Assembly (NCBI GenBank): GCA_030649835.1
Contig: JAUSES010000035.1
Coordinates: forward strand, 19,590-83,589
Direction of reading: 5' to 3'
DNA length: 64,000 nucleotides
DNA from: a bacterium
GTDB lineage: Bacteria; Patescibacteriota; Minisyncoccia; Phycocordibacterales; UBA1550
The position numbers and the translations under genes were made by a program. The notes below the pieces were generated by a model. That model was not told where the DNA came from and did no database searches. It saw only the letters and a program-made list of their open reading frames with translations. This document shows, one piece after another, positions 36,015 through 46,920 of this stretch (position 1 is its first letter; every line of letters begins with the position of its first letter).

Positions 36015-37913
36015 ATGGACGATATCGAAGTTATCGGCCTCAACCATAGTGCCCCGTTTTCACAATCCCTACTTACACCACATGGGAATGACCACACGAT
36101 TCCCCTCTTTACTGCAGAAATGGAAATACTAGATATATTGTTTGGACAAAATGAGGCTGCATATAATATTTTTGTTTTTATACTTTTTGCCTTAATACCA
36201 TTTTTTACCTATCTAACCCTAGCGAGACTGGGTGTTAAACTCAGTAGCTTTTTTATATTCTTGATACTCTTTAGTGGTGCAACAGGTTGGGCAGAAATGC
36301 TTACTGGTTTTTATATTATGTCAATATACCTCCAGATTATATTGTTTTTTACAATCACTATGTGGGCATATACGGCATGGGGTCAAACCAGTCAAAAAAA
36401 ATATCTTACCTTTTTTGTGGTTTCTCTTTTGTTTGCTCTTGCTGCTGATACATCTGGAGTATGGATAATCCCCGCAACACTTATTTTTATAATGCATTCT
36501 TACTGGTCCCAGAGTGACTCATTCAAAATACGACGTGTGGATATAATGAAATTCTTGAAAACGAATAGGGCTCCTTTATTACTCCTTCTTGGAGCCTCCA
36601 CCCTGTTTGTTATTTTCCTAACAATTACATTTATGATATTACAGCCAAATACTTTTCTATCTGCACTGAGTGATACAGGGACTTCAACTACAGGTAGCAA
36701 GGAGGTACTTTGGAGATTTTTTCCTCTTGTTGAAAACTTTCTTGCTTTTTTTTCTTCTGGTGTATCGCTTTCTCTGTTTGCTCCTAACATTGTCAAAATA
36801 TTGGTTCATCCGTCGATACAAGGTCATGTAAAATCATTTTGGTATATCATTGAGGCTATAATACTTGTATTAAACGCAGGACTTTTTTGGTTTACTTTGA
36901 AATATTCACAAAACAAAGAGAAGAAACTTTTTATTCTCTTGGGGCTTATCATGTTTATTACTATTTCAATGGTTGTAGTAGCACGACCAAACCACGAAAT
37001 CATTCCTGATTTCGATTACCGATACGCTGGTGCGCCTTATTATTTATATTGTTTACTTATTGCGGTTGGTGCCTCCCATTTTTTAGAAATAGGTGGCAGA
37101 AAATCACTGCGGATAATAGTATCAATTGTAATTATTCTTTTTGCTACTCAGCAGGCCTTTAGTTTTCAGGCCGTGAGAACGAGAACTGAATCTGTACTTA
37201 GAAAGGAGGCTGTAACGAGGTTGGACAGGACTCTTTTGTCTGAGCTCGCTACGCTAAGCAAGAACAGTAGCTCCCTTGTAATACCAAATTTAAGTGGCAC
37301 ACATATTTTTGAGCAAACAATGTCAGGATTCACTCTCGCGGATTATTTACTATTTTTTGACAAAAAAACACCAATCAAACTTGTTAGAAATGCTGAGATG
37401 CCTCCAGATGTCAAAACTCGAAGTGTAATGACCGTTCCAAGCATTCGATCTGTTGTAAGTAAGGACTTTTTAAGTGAACTTTCGGCTTCTTCAGTTGTTC
37501 GTTCCTATTATGCAACTTCTGGCATATTGAGTTATAAGATTCTTCCTCCCCTCGTGGACGAAGCGGAGAATAAATTAAAAATTGATTCAGGTAGAAAAAT
37601 TTTAATTTATCAAAGAAATATTGATCCAGAAAAACTACATGTAGTTGACATTACACTCTATACAGACAACGTACATGGAAACCTAGAGCTTTCATTTTAT
37701 TTCAAAAATGATTTTGATGCTAGTAATGAACTAGGAAAAATACGCATAGATGACTACACTCCTTACGTACTTAAAGGCGACAAGCGTTACTACCATATTG
37801 AGGTAGACCTTCTGCAGATTTACACATATGCACTTTCGGAAAAAATATCTGGTCTTTCACTTTATGTTCCAGAAGTAAAGAGTCCAACAGTTAATGCTAT
37901 CTATCTTCGGTAG
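36015..37913 (+). CDS. large polytopic membrane protein with C-terminal extracytoplasmic domain (possible GT-C/polymerase-like)
   Basis: 632 aa. About 11-12 TM segments in the N-terminal 400 aa. No recognisable catalytic motif. Confidence 0.45.
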   Translation: MDDIEVIGLNHSAPFSQSLLTPHGNDHTIPLFTAEMEILDILFGQNEAAYNIFVFILFALIPFFTYLTLARLGVKLSSFFIFLILFSGATGWAEMLTGFYIMSIYLQIILFFTITMWAYTAWGQTSQKKYLTFFVVSLLFALAADTSGVWIIPATLIFIMHSYWSQSDSFKIRRVDIMKFLKTNRAPLLLLLGASTLFVIFLTITFMILQPNTFLSALSDTGTSTTGSKEVLWRFFPLVENFLAFFSSGVSLSLFAPNIVKILVHPSIQGHVKSFWYIIEAIILVLNAGLFWFTLKYSQNKEKKLFILLGLIMFITISMVVVARPNHEIIPDFDYRYAGAPYYLYCLLIAVGASHFLEIGGRKSLRIIVSIVIILFATQQAFSFQAVRTRTESVLRKEAVTRLDRTLLSELATLSKNSSSLVIPNLSGTHIFEQTMSGFTLADYLLFFDKKTPIKLVRNAEMPPDVKTRSVMTVPSIRSVVSKDFLSELSASSVVRSYYATSGILSYKILPPLVDEAENKLKIDSGRKILIYQRNIDPEKLHVVDITLYTDNVHGNLELSFYFKNDFDASNELGKIRIDDYTPYVLKGDKRYYHIEVDLLQIYTYALSEKISGLSLYVPEVKSPTVNAIYLR

Positions 37914-37927
37914 AGTTTGTGCTTCTT

Positions 37928-39609
37928 TTATTCAGATTTTTTTAGAACAACCAAAACAGAAACGCCAAATGGAAAACCTAATTTTTTTAGTATCTTTCTT
38001 TCAAAATTGAAAACGGCAAACAAAAGTTTATTCAAGAAAGGACTATTGATATCGAAATCTGATTCCCTTCCCCGTATGCCTAGTATTTTGCTTCCCAGAC
38101 GCACTATTGCGATAGGAATAAAAAGTAATGTATTAAAGTAGGAAGAACGAACCACACTCAGAGATGTTGATTCTTTAATTTTCTTCAAAAGTGAGCCTTT
38201 GGTGTAGCGTCGATAATGATGAGCGACGTCATCCTGCACCCCCCAAAGGAACATGTATGCTGGCACCATAATAACAGAAATTCCGCCAGGTTTTAGCACT
38301 CTCCTTATTTCGTCCAGTGCCCATTCTTCATCCTCTAGGTGCTCTAGGACATCAAGGGTGCAGACCGCATCAAAAGTATTGTCAGGAAAATCAATTTTGT
38401 GCGCATCAATAACTCCCAGGTTTTTATACCCTGAAGCACCCCAAATTTAATCGCTTCCTCAGAGATGTCTAGCCCATGAGCTTTATACCCAAGCGTTGCT
38501 ATCTCATCTACAAAAATCCCTGATCCACAGCCAAAATCGAGAACCTTTGTTTCTCTTGGGGGTTTTACAGAGTAAGACTTAAGATTATCCTCGACAATCA
38601 TTCTTCTTACTACCATGAGCCAGTGCTCTTTTTCTATTTTAAAATAATTTTTATAAAAGCTTCTTTCCATACCTGAAGTATTAAGGTCCCACAAGTTCCA
38701 ATTAAATCTATCGATGTACTCCTTCAAGCATATCCTCCAGTCTCTAGTAAGGTGAGGGGCTACTTTTTTCAATTCTATATTTATAAGCTTTTCTGACCGT
38801 GGGCGTTTTGCAAAATAATTTTCTGCAAAATAACTTGAGTCAACTTCCTTAACCTTTACTTGGTTATCTAACCCCAGACATTCTAGGAGATACCTAGATA
38901 TATCCGCTCTGCTTCCTCCACCTTCACAGGCACCATGGTATAGGCCGTACTCATTGTTGTCAAGAAGATATTTTATAGACTGCGCGAGATCATATGTGTG
39001 ACATGGTGTACCAAATTTGTCATTTACAATCGCTAATTCCTTTGACCCTGCGCGTAGCTGCTTAATAATCTTATTTATAAATTTTTTATCTTTTTTGGGT
39101 CCTCCTCCCATCATCCAACCGGCTCTAATTACAATCGATTTTGGGAGTGTTTTTGCCACAAGCTCCCCACCGTATTTTGATTTGCCATACACACTAAGTG
39201 GATTTGGAACATCAGTCTCAGTGTATTCATCCTTCCCGCCATCAAAAATACCCGCAGTGGAAATATAAACTAAAGGTATGTTGTGCTCTCTCGCATATTC
39301 CACAACATTTTGTACCCCGCCTGTATTAGTCGCGTAAGCCTCTTCAGGATGAAGCTCGCAGTATTCCATATCGGTCAATGCTGCAAGATGAACAATGTAG
39401 TTAGGTTTTACCTTTTCCAAATACAACGCGACATCCTTGGCAACTGACACGTCGAGGCGCTCAAGCCATGGTACGTTTAAGTCAATATCAGAGGCTCGAA
39501 CCTGACATGCATCCTTAAAAATATCGAAGACTGCTTCTCCAAGCATTCCCCCGCATCCCGTTATTACGACCCTGTCTGTCTTGTGTATCATAAAATTATA
39601 GTGCTCCAA
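37928..39609 (-). pseudogene. SDR epimerase/dehydratase fused to SAM methyltransferase domain, interrupted by a frameshift in an A5/T5 run
   Basis: N-terminus VVITGCGGMLGEAV (Rossmann), then VLDFGCGSGIFV (MTase motif I). The reading frame breaks at about 38421-38425. An extra A restores ...GIKNLGVIDAHKIDFPDNTFDAVCTLDVLEHLEDEE...LKPGG (MTase motifs II and III). Confidence 0.55.
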
Positions 39610-40303
39610 ATCTGTATTTTATCATATCCCTAATCGTATCCATAACTACGTTGAATTTCGAGCCGGACGCAACTCCTTCTGTACGAGGAAAATGTGTAAC
39701 CGGAAATTGTGCAACTATAAATCCCGCTTTTTTTGCTTTAATAATCATTTCTGCATCAATAAAACAGCTGGGACTCTTAATTTGAATATTGTTCAAAACA
39801 TTTCGTTTGTAAATTTTCATTGCACAATCTATATCACGGCACCAAACAAAAAATAAAATTCTTATTAGCCAGTTGTAGACCTCTGATTGAACCTTTCGAC
39901 GAAATGATGCGGCTTTTTTGGTGACATATCCACTTAATACGTCTGCATCACTTAAAAGATATAGGTTAGGCAAAAATTCCCGTACATCATATTGATTATC
40001 ACCATCTGTATACATCACATAATCATATTTTGCGGCTGAAAATCCGTCTCTTAGGGTTACCCCATAACCAAGATTTTTAGGATGATGTATTACTCTGACA
40101 TGGGGGAATTCTGTGGCTAACCCGTCTGCTACCTCCCCCGTTTTATCTGGTCCGCCATCGTGCACAATTATTATTTCATAGGTATCGGTTATTTCGGAAA
40201 GAAACTTAGAAACGTACGGTACGAGAACGGGTAAGTTCTTCTCGTCGTTATATGCTGGACAAAAGAAGGATACGCTTGATAATTTGTTTTGTTTTATTTC
40301 CAT
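39596..40303 (-). CDS. family 2 glycosyltransferase, polyprenyl-phosphate sugar transferase (DPM1/GtrB-like)
   Basis: VSFFCPAYNDEKNLP...HDGGPDKTGEVADGL...NLGYGVTLRDGF. Confidence 0.75.
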   Translation of the reverse strand: MEIKQNKLSSVSFFCPAYNDEKNLPVLVPYVSKFLSEITDTYEIIIVHDGGPDKTGEVADGLATEFPHVRVIHHPKNLGYGVTLRDGFSAAKYDYVMYTDGDNQYDVREFLPNLYLLSDADVLSGYVTKKAASFRRKVQSEVYNWLIRILFFVWCRDIDCAMKIYKRNVLNNIQIKSPSCFIDAEMIIKAKKAGFIVAQFPVTHFPRTEGVASGSKFNVVMDTIRDMIKYRFGAL

Positions 40304-40313
40304 ATTTAAATAA

Positions 40314-41021
40314 CTATCTCCCTGTTGCCCAAAACCTAAGAATTCTTAAAATTATTTTTATACCGTCTCGGTATCGTATTTTTTTCCCTGCGTCTTCTGC
40401 ACGTGGGTCATAGGATACTGGTACTTCAACGATTTTATAACCTTCTTTGAGAACGCGCGTTATAAAAATCATTTCAGCTTCAAACCTACCAACAGTAAAA
40501 TAGTCAAAAGTCGCACGAGGAAAAAGTTTGTATCCCATTAGGGCGTCCGTTAATGATGAACCGTAAAGGAAATTAATAAGTTTCGTTATAGACAACGAAC
40601 CTATTCTTGGGAAGAACTTACCTTTTCCCGAGTCCCCTTCTCTGTTTAGCTCTCGTGAACCCATAACAACCACCTTGGCGTCAGAAGAAATACCCTGTAG
40701 GGGTACGAGGAGGAGTGGTATCTCCTCTGGGGTGCATTCAAGATCAGCATCCTGAATAATGGCGTAGTCCCCTGTTGCAGCAGTTATTCCTGCTTTTACG
40801 GCGCTTCCTTTACCACTATTTTGAACAAGGTTTATTACTCTTACTTTTGTTGCAAACTTTTCCAAGACCGTTGCAGTGCCATCTGTTGAACCATCGTTAA
40901 TGACAATGATTTCAGGATCCCATCCCGAAAAAGGAACATTGAGTAAGCGCTCCACAACAAGACCGACTGTTCCTTCTTCATTGTAGCACGGGATAATTAT
41001 TGACAACCTTTTATTGTTCAT
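40314..41021 (-). CDS. family 2 glycosyltransferase, polyprenyl-phosphate sugar transferase (DPM1/GtrB-like)
   Basis: LSIIIPCYNEEGTVGLVV...INDGSTDGTATVL...NSGKGSAVKAGI. Confidence 0.75.
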   Translation of the reverse strand: MNNKRLSIIIPCYNEEGTVGLVVERLLNVPFSGWDPEIIVINDGSTDGTATVLEKFATKVRVINLVQNSGKGSAVKAGITAATGDYAIIQDADLECTPEEIPLLLVPLQGISSDAKVVVMGSRELNREGDSGKGKFFPRIGSLSITKLINFLYGSSLTDALMGYKLFPRATFDYFTVGRFEAEMIFITRVLKEGYKIVEVPVSYDPRAEDAGKKIRYRDGIKIILRILRFWATGR

Positions 41022-41029
41022 AATGAAAA

Positions 41030-42814
41030 TTATTTTTTAATACTTCTATAAGATAACATCAAACCGGAATAAGCGATAGCAAAAATAATAGGCTCTACAG
41101 GCATGCGAAACCTAGCATTCACCGCTAGCCCATTTATCATAGTGGTGAGCATAAAATAAAATACTATAATACTTACAAAAACAAGTGCTCCCGAAAAAAG
41201 ACGCTCTCTCCAAAGCCGATATAAACCAACTCCAAAGAATACCGTCATGACAACCCAAAAAATACGAGCCAACAAAACAGCCCCCATTGAGGTATGTATT
41301 TGTACGAAAACAGATTTAGTAAGCTCCCATGGCGTAGTGAGCAACATAATAAGTGCCGGTTTCTGAAGAAACGAAACAGGACTTACTCCGGCTGCCTGCA
41401 AAAAGGTGAGCATTCCATCATGCGTAAAAAAAGTAAAAGCACTTAACGCAGAAAGTTCAATTAACGCAACAGGGTGCTGTGCTATCTCCTTAATCGATCG
41501 CGCAGACAAAGCAGACATTTCAGAAAGACTTAGATCTAGATAAATTGGAAGTTTCGCCTGTTCCACACTAAAACTAGTGCTATTTGCTATGGCCAAAACT
41601 GACGGCAATAGCACCCCGTGAAGGTTAAATGGCATTTGGGAACTTAGATTAGCAGCACCAAACGTCTCATAATTGCGATAGAGCCATGGTGACATGACCA
41701 ACAGAAACGCAGAGAGAAGCAAGCCGAATCTAATCAATTGTTTTTTGTTTAAGTTCCCCCTGAAATGCCACAATGAAAAAATAATTACCACGAGTGCTAA
41801 ATATTGAACAGTGGGTTTAACAAGTGTTGCGATGCCCAAAAGAAGTCCTGTGGCAAGTGCCAGTTTGGTTGAGGGTGTTTTTAGAAAATTCAAAAAAACA
41901 ATAAGAAATAATCCAAAAATCACCGTAAAAAGTGTCTCTGTATAAAAAATAAAGGAAAAGAGAATCTGATATGGAGAGAAAGCAAGCAATAAGCCTACAA
42001 CAAGTGGTGCGTTTCGAAAGGAAGGAACAATCAGACGAGTCAAATACATTCCTAATACAGGTATAGTAGCGCCCAAGATGAGTTGAGTCATACCAGTTAC
42101 TGCGTAGCTACCTGTTAGCCATAAAATCCCAAATAAGAAAAACGGATATCCAGGGACCCCGTACGAGTACGGGAGAAAGGGTTGTTCTGAATTAATACTA
42201 AAACCATTGCCAAGGAGCAAGTTCCGGCTCAATTGAAAATATCCATCCTGTCCGCGTATTGTTGTAATGAGGTCTCCACCATTGGCATGGAGACAGATAA
42301 AAAAGAATACTAAGCGAGCCAAAACTGCAAGCAGAAAAACACCAATTACTATTTTGTGCGTTTTGAAAAAAATGAATATTCTTGTTTTAAAAAATGGCAT
42401 CGCCTCGTGGTCTCCAAAAACTATATATTTGTTGCTTAAAAAAGTTACGACAGTAACCATCCCCATTGTGATTATTTGAGCAATGACATACCAGATCTGA
42501 AATATATCTACGAAAATGTACATTAACAAAACATTGAGCGAGAGCGCTATTAAAATAAGTATCGCATACAAGGCTGCTTGGAAATGTGCTCTGCGCATTG
42601 AACGGTCATTAAATGTCCAGAATTTTTGCAAACAAAAAGCAATAGAAGCAGAAAAGAAGAATGCGTACACTACTGCTAAAAGATGCCATACGTGAACGCG
42701 CTCTACTAGAAAAACGAGCATCCCGAGCTGAGATACTGCGGCGATTGATCCAGAAATAATATATTTTGCGATAAGTCTATAATCCCTCGCCTGGGCTAAT
42801 AAAAATTCAAGCAT
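41030..42814 (-). CDS. GtrA-like domain fused to a GT-C (ArnT/PMT-like) polytopic glycosyltransferase
   Basis: The N-terminal 120 aa carry the GtrA-family pattern (GSIAAVSQLGMLVFLV...FFFSASIAFCLQKFWTF). About 14 further TM segments follow. Confidence 0.55.
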   Translation of the reverse strand: MLEFLLAQARDYRLIAKYIISGSIAAVSQLGMLVFLVERVHVWHLLAVVYAFFFSASIAFCLQKFWTFNDRSMRRAHFQAALYAILILIALSLNVLLMYIFVDIFQIWYVIAQIITMGMVTVVTFLSNKYIVFGDHEAMPFFKTRIFIFFKTHKIVIGVFLLAVLARLVFFFICLHANGGDLITTIRGQDGYFQLSRNLLLGNGFSINSEQPFLPYSYGVPGYPFFLFGILWLTGSYAVTGMTQLILGATIPVLGMYLTRLIVPSFRNAPLVVGLLLAFSPYQILFSFIFYTETLFTVIFGLFLIVFLNFLKTPSTKLALATGLLLGIATLVKPTVQYLALVVIIFSLWHFRGNLNKKQLIRFGLLLSAFLLVMSPWLYRNYETFGAANLSSQMPFNLHGVLLPSVLAIANSTSFSVEQAKLPIYLDLSLSEMSALSARSIKEIAQHPVALIELSALSAFTFFTHDGMLTFLQAAGVSPVSFLQKPALIMLLTTPWELTKSVFVQIHTSMGAVLLARIFWVVMTVFFGVGLYRLWRERLFSGALVFVSIIVFYFMLTTMINGLAVNARFRMPVEPIIFAIAYSGLMLSYRSIKK

Positions 42815-42930
42815 GTTTATTTTTTAAAACTCTTTGGATGACCCCAACCTCTCCAATGTCCATTAATATCTATGTATCCTAGCATAGAAAAGGCAAAATA
42901 TACAGACTATTATGACTAGAGTTGTATAAT

Positions 42931-44103
42931 TTACTTCTTCTCTATAAAGTCCAAAATTCTTCCCGCTCGTTTTTTCCAAGTACGTAGCTCGACATCACGA
43001 TATGCCTTTTCTATAATAGTCTTTGTGAGACTTTCGTCATCTATTGCCTTTTTAATTCCTTCCGCCATCGCGTCTGGATCGTCTGGTAAAACAATAATCG
43101 CATTTGTCTCACCAAGAATTTCACGTATCGATGGAATATCAGTAGCAACAATAGGTCTCATGCTTGCCATGTATTCAAAAAGCTTCATTGGAGAAGTATA
43201 GTATTTTGAAATATTTTCTTTAGCGGTATTTGGTAAAACGAGTACATCTGCTGCTTTTTGCCAAATAGGAACCTCTGAGTGTTGCTTCCACCCAACTATT
43301 AAAATATTTGTTGTCCTTTTGTGTGCATCTTCGAGCTTTCTTATGTCCTCTGGTGTACCACCTACAAAAACCACCAAGTAATTTTTAGGGAGTTTGGTAG
43401 CGGCAAAAGCAAGAGTATCCACCCCTTTCCATGAATACAAATGTCCTGTGTATACTACAACTTTTTTATCATTTGGGAGTGATAGTTTTTGGCGAGCCTC
43501 CTCTTTAGAAAGAGCGATATCAAAATCTTCTATTTGGACAGCATTAGCCTCACATATAATTTTATTTTTATTAATATCAAAAATTTCCTCGGCAGTTTTC
43601 GCTTTCCAGTTGTTGTGAATTAATACCCACTTCATTCTTCTAATGAAAATTCCAAAAATTCCACGACAATTTTCTGGAAAATCATGCATTTCATAAAAAG
43701 TATTTCTAAATACAGCGGATGCAAAAAAAAGTGGAAGATATTCGTTTGAGTAGATAATGTCCTCATTTTTTGCAAATCTCAATAAATACAAAAGACAAAA
43801 CAGAGAAAAAGAAACGTAGCTCAAAACAAAACGGAATGACTCTATAAAACTAGGAAAATGAATGTCTAAAATTGGCAAATATACAATAGAAAAATTGTTT
43901 TTTACTTTATAATATTCATAAGGATTACCTTTTTCCCTGCCGAGTCGTCTCGACACCATGAGTACTACCTGAACACCTTCCTCTGCAAATGCTTCAGCAC
44001 TCTTGGCAGCAAAAAGTGACGCAGCTTTATTGCTTGGTAATCTCCCGTGAAAAATCAAAAATAGTTTTTTTGATTTTTTATTTTGTAATGTATCTTGAGT
44101 CAT
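42931..44103 (-). CDS. GT4 glycosyltransferase
   Basis: C-terminal region ...SWKGVDTL...PMKLFEYMASMRPIVATD. Confidence 0.7.
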   Translation of the reverse strand: MTQDTLQNKKSKKLFLIFHGRLPSNKAASLFAAKSAEAFAEEGVQVVLMVSRRLGREKGNPYEYYKVKNNFSIVYLPILDIHFPSFIESFRFVLSYVSFSLFCLLYLLRFAKNEDIIYSNEYLPLFFASAVFRNTFYEMHDFPENCRGIFGIFIRRMKWVLIHNNWKAKTAEEIFDINKNKIICEANAVQIEDFDIALSKEEARQKLSLPNDKKVVVYTGHLYSWKGVDTLAFAATKLPKNYLVVFVGGTPEDIRKLEDAHKRTTNILIVGWKQHSEVPIWQKAADVLVLPNTAKENISKYYTSPMKLFEYMASMRPIVATDIPSIREILGETNAIIVLPDDPDAMAEGIKKAIDDESLTKTIIEKAYRDVELRTWKKRAGRILDFIEKK

Positions 44104-45188
44104 TTCGTTAGGAAGTCTGTTATCTTTATTGCCTTACTCTCCCATGAATAACCTTTTACTTTTTCATATGCTTGAAGAACATGTTTATCAGCCTCTTTTT
44201 TATTGTTGGCAATTTTTAAAACTGCCTCTGCAAAACTACTAGAATCACCAGGAATAAACGGGTATGCGCAGTCTCCAATAACCTCCTCGACTAAACCCAA
44301 CTTAGAATAAATTATTGGCCGTCTACTTGCCATATATTCATAAACCTTCATTGGATAGCCAAATCCTGGCTGATCTGGATATGGTATTGCGATAATATCC
44401 ATAGACATTTGGTACTGTGCAACTTCGTCCCCCTTTTTAACTCCAAAGAAAAAACACCTTGCCTCAACTCCATGAGCTTTCGCAAGCTCCGTGTACTCAC
44501 GTATCTCATCATTCTTTCCACCTACAAAAGCCATTGCAAATTCGTCGGAAAGAAGTGCGAGAGCACGAATCATTGTTGGTATCCCCTTTTCAAGCCCAAA
44601 AGTCTTGAAGTAGCCGATGTATCCAATGAGGTTTTTCCCTTCAGGAAGCCCAAGTGATGCTTGATTTGAAAAAAAAGTATCATTGTAAATATTTAAATTC
44701 ACACCTCCATATGCAAAAAAAATATTATCTCCAGGAACTTCCCCGAGCTTTATTAGGTCATCTTTTAGTCTCCTAGACGTGGTTATTAAGGCATCACTAT
44801 TTCTTATAATAAATTTTTCTTTTTTATTATAGTGCAGATGGTGCCAATCAGAGCAAATTCGATAATTAAATCTTAGAAATTTTTTCCAAAAAATCAAAAA
44901 CGTCAATAGAAAAGTGTCATTGCTAAAAAAAACTAAATCTTTTTCCTTCCTTGATATAAATACAAAATACGGTATCCAAAAGAAAAAAAATGGTGACCTA
45001 AATTTTTTAATTTTTAAAGCTAGATTCAAACAATTAATATCCTTAAGTTCGTCTGAAAAATTATTAGCTACAACGAAAATAAATTTCTCTTTTAAAACCT
45101 TAGTAAACTCCTTTGCCAATTCCCGCGCATATATTTTCATGCCGTTGTCGGCTGGGTATCTCATTGATGTAAAATATATAAGTTTCAT
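44100..45188 (-). CDS. GT4 glycosyltransferase
   Basis: GYPMKVYEYMASRRPIIYSKLGLVEEVI. Confidence 0.65.
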   Translation of the reverse strand: MKLIYFTSMRYPADNGMKIYARELAKEFTKVLKEKFIFVVANNFSDELKDINCLNLALKIKKFRSPFFFFWIPYFVFISRKEKDLVFFSNDTFLLTFLIFWKKFLRFNYRICSDWHHLHYNKKEKFIIRNSDALITTSRRLKDDLIKLGEVPGDNIFFAYGGVNLNIYNDTFFSNQASLGLPEGKNLIGYIGYFKTFGLEKGIPTMIRALALLSDEFAMAFVGGKNDEIREYTELAKAHGVEARCFFFGVKKGDEVAQYQMSMDIIAIPYPDQPGFGYPMKVYEYMASRRPIIYSKLGLVEEVIGDCAYPFIPGDSSSFAEAVLKIANNKKEADKHVLQAYEKVKGYSWESKAIKITDFLTK

Positions 45189-45195
45189 ATGTTTT

Positions 45196-45861
45196 CTATT
45201 TTACTACCTTCATTACAAAAGATAGGGCGAACAAGGATGGAAACATTTTTGCGAGAAACCTAGTACAAGCGCCAATGAGAATATAATTTTCAAATATCGT
45301 GTTTGTTTTTATTATAGAAACCTGAAGGTTACTATGCTTAAGCATGCCCATTAGGTTTTCGTAATTAAACCAAAAAACATGACCCTTGTGAGGACGGTTG
45401 TTCTCAGGAACACCACCAAACAAAACCTGCAACCGTGCCGGAAGCGAATTAAAATTTGGTACACTGATAATAATATGTTTTTTAGACGTACGAACTGCCT
45501 CCTCTAAAAGTTTTTCTGGGAAATAAAGATGCTCTAGAACATCAAGCATAATCACAGTATCAAACGCACCATTCTTGAAGGGGAGTTTTTCACTTGCAAT
45601 ATCGACCAATGAAACATCGAGTCCTTTTTCTCTGCACTTTTTTATAGCCTCATCCGAAATATCAACTCCAGCGACTATCGCGCCTTTTCCTTTAAGCTCT
45701 TGAAGAAGAAGTCCGTCCCCGCAAGCAATGTCTAATATTCTTTCACCTTTTTCTATCATCTCAATAGTTTCTGCATGACGAAAAACAGGTTTCTGGTCCC
45801 CTTCTCTCCATCTTCTATTCTCAAATTCTTTTATTTCACTCATAAATGAATTATATAACAA
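45196..45861 (-). CDS. class I SAM-dependent methyltransferase (type 11)
   Basis: RILDIACGDGLLLQELKGKGAIVAGVDISDEAI...IMLDVLEHL. Confidence 0.7.
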   Translation of the reverse strand: MLYNSFMSEIKEFENRRWREGDQKPVFRHAETIEMIEKGERILDIACGDGLLLQELKGKGAIVAGVDISDEAIKKCREKGLDVSLVDIASEKLPFKNGAFDTVIMLDVLEHLYFPEKLLEEAVRTSKKHIIISVPNFNSLPARLQVLFGGVPENNRPHKGHVFWFNYENLMGMLKHSNLQVSIIKTNTIFENYILIGACTRFLAKMFPSLFALSFVMKVVK

Positions 45862-46900
45862 TCTGCTTGATAAGGTTTTCTACGAGAACCGGAAGACTGT
45901 GTTTCTTAATACTTTCAGATAAAGCGTTATGAAGCTGAACGCGTTCCTCCTTTGTGGCAGAAAGGAAAATGTCTAATTTTTTTGCGAGCATTTCTGGATT
46001 GTTCTCTTCAAAAATGTATTTTTCACCCACGAGCTCTGCAAAGTCGCGACTTGTAGCCAAGACCAAGCATCCACACACTGCTGCCTTAAAGATTGTTTTA
46101 TCCAGCATACCGCTCCTGCTACAGTTCACAAAGTTCTCTGAACTACGATAATAACGATACGTCTCAGTATTGGGTACTGCGCCAACAAACGTAATGCGAT
46201 CAGCTATTCCTAATTTTTCCACCTGAGCGCGAAGGACTGCTGGATAATCTGAATCCTCCTTTGATGGGCCGCCAACAAAGGAGGCAGTAAAATCAATGCC
46301 TTCATTTTTAAGAATGCCAAGTGCATCAATAAGGACATCTGGTCTCTTTGACTCATCAAGTCTTCCTAAAAAAAGAATCGATCTAGGGATACGTAAAATT
46401 GGTTCATCCATGTGTGCTGATTCAACATCGACTCCCACGGACATTAAAACCGTTTTTTTTAAGCGTGCAGTATAAGAATACTTTGAAGTACAAAATATTC
46501 TATTACAAAACATTGCCGCAATGTTTGTAAGGAAACTGCCCTCGTAATGATTGCGCCACATATACACTTTCTTTCCAAAAAGTTTCCAAAAAATACCTGC
46601 AAGCAATATATATTCCTGATTCATGTGCACAAATACGGCATCATAATCCTTGCGTAAACTCCACACAAGCTGGTAAAAACGAACGACGTATCTCAAGCGC
46701 CTTAAAAAAGCTGGGCCAGAAATATTTTCCTTGCCGAGTGAATGAACACGCGCGTTTGCAGGTAGTGTGTGTTCCCCTTCCTTCAGGCAAATCACCTCAA
46801 TACTGCCATAGTGTGGTGCAAGTGAAATAACCCATTTTTGAAAAAAACCAAGGGCTGATTCTTTTCTATCCATTACCTGAGTACAAATCAAAAGTTTCAT
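45851..46900 (-). CDS. GT4 glycosyltransferase
   Basis: GT-B C-terminal half (ILFLGRLDESKRPDVLIDAL...). 349 aa. Confidence 0.6.
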   Translation of the reverse strand: MKLLICTQVMDRKESALGFFQKWVISLAPHYGSIEVICLKEGEHTLPANARVHSLGKENISGPAFLRRLRYVVRFYQLVWSLRKDYDAVFVHMNQEYILLAGIFWKLFGKKVYMWRNHYEGSFLTNIAAMFCNRIFCTSKYSYTARLKKTVLMSVGVDVESAHMDEPILRIPRSILFLGRLDESKRPDVLIDALGILKNEGIDFTASFVGGPSKEDSDYPAVLRAQVEKLGIADRITFVGAVPNTETYRYYRSSENFVNCSRSGMLDKTIFKAAVCGCLVLATSRDFAELVGEKYIFEENNPEMLAKKLDIFLSATKEERVQLHNALSESIKKHSLPVLVENLIKQIVI

Positions 46901-46920
46901 AAATATAAAAAATTTAAATA

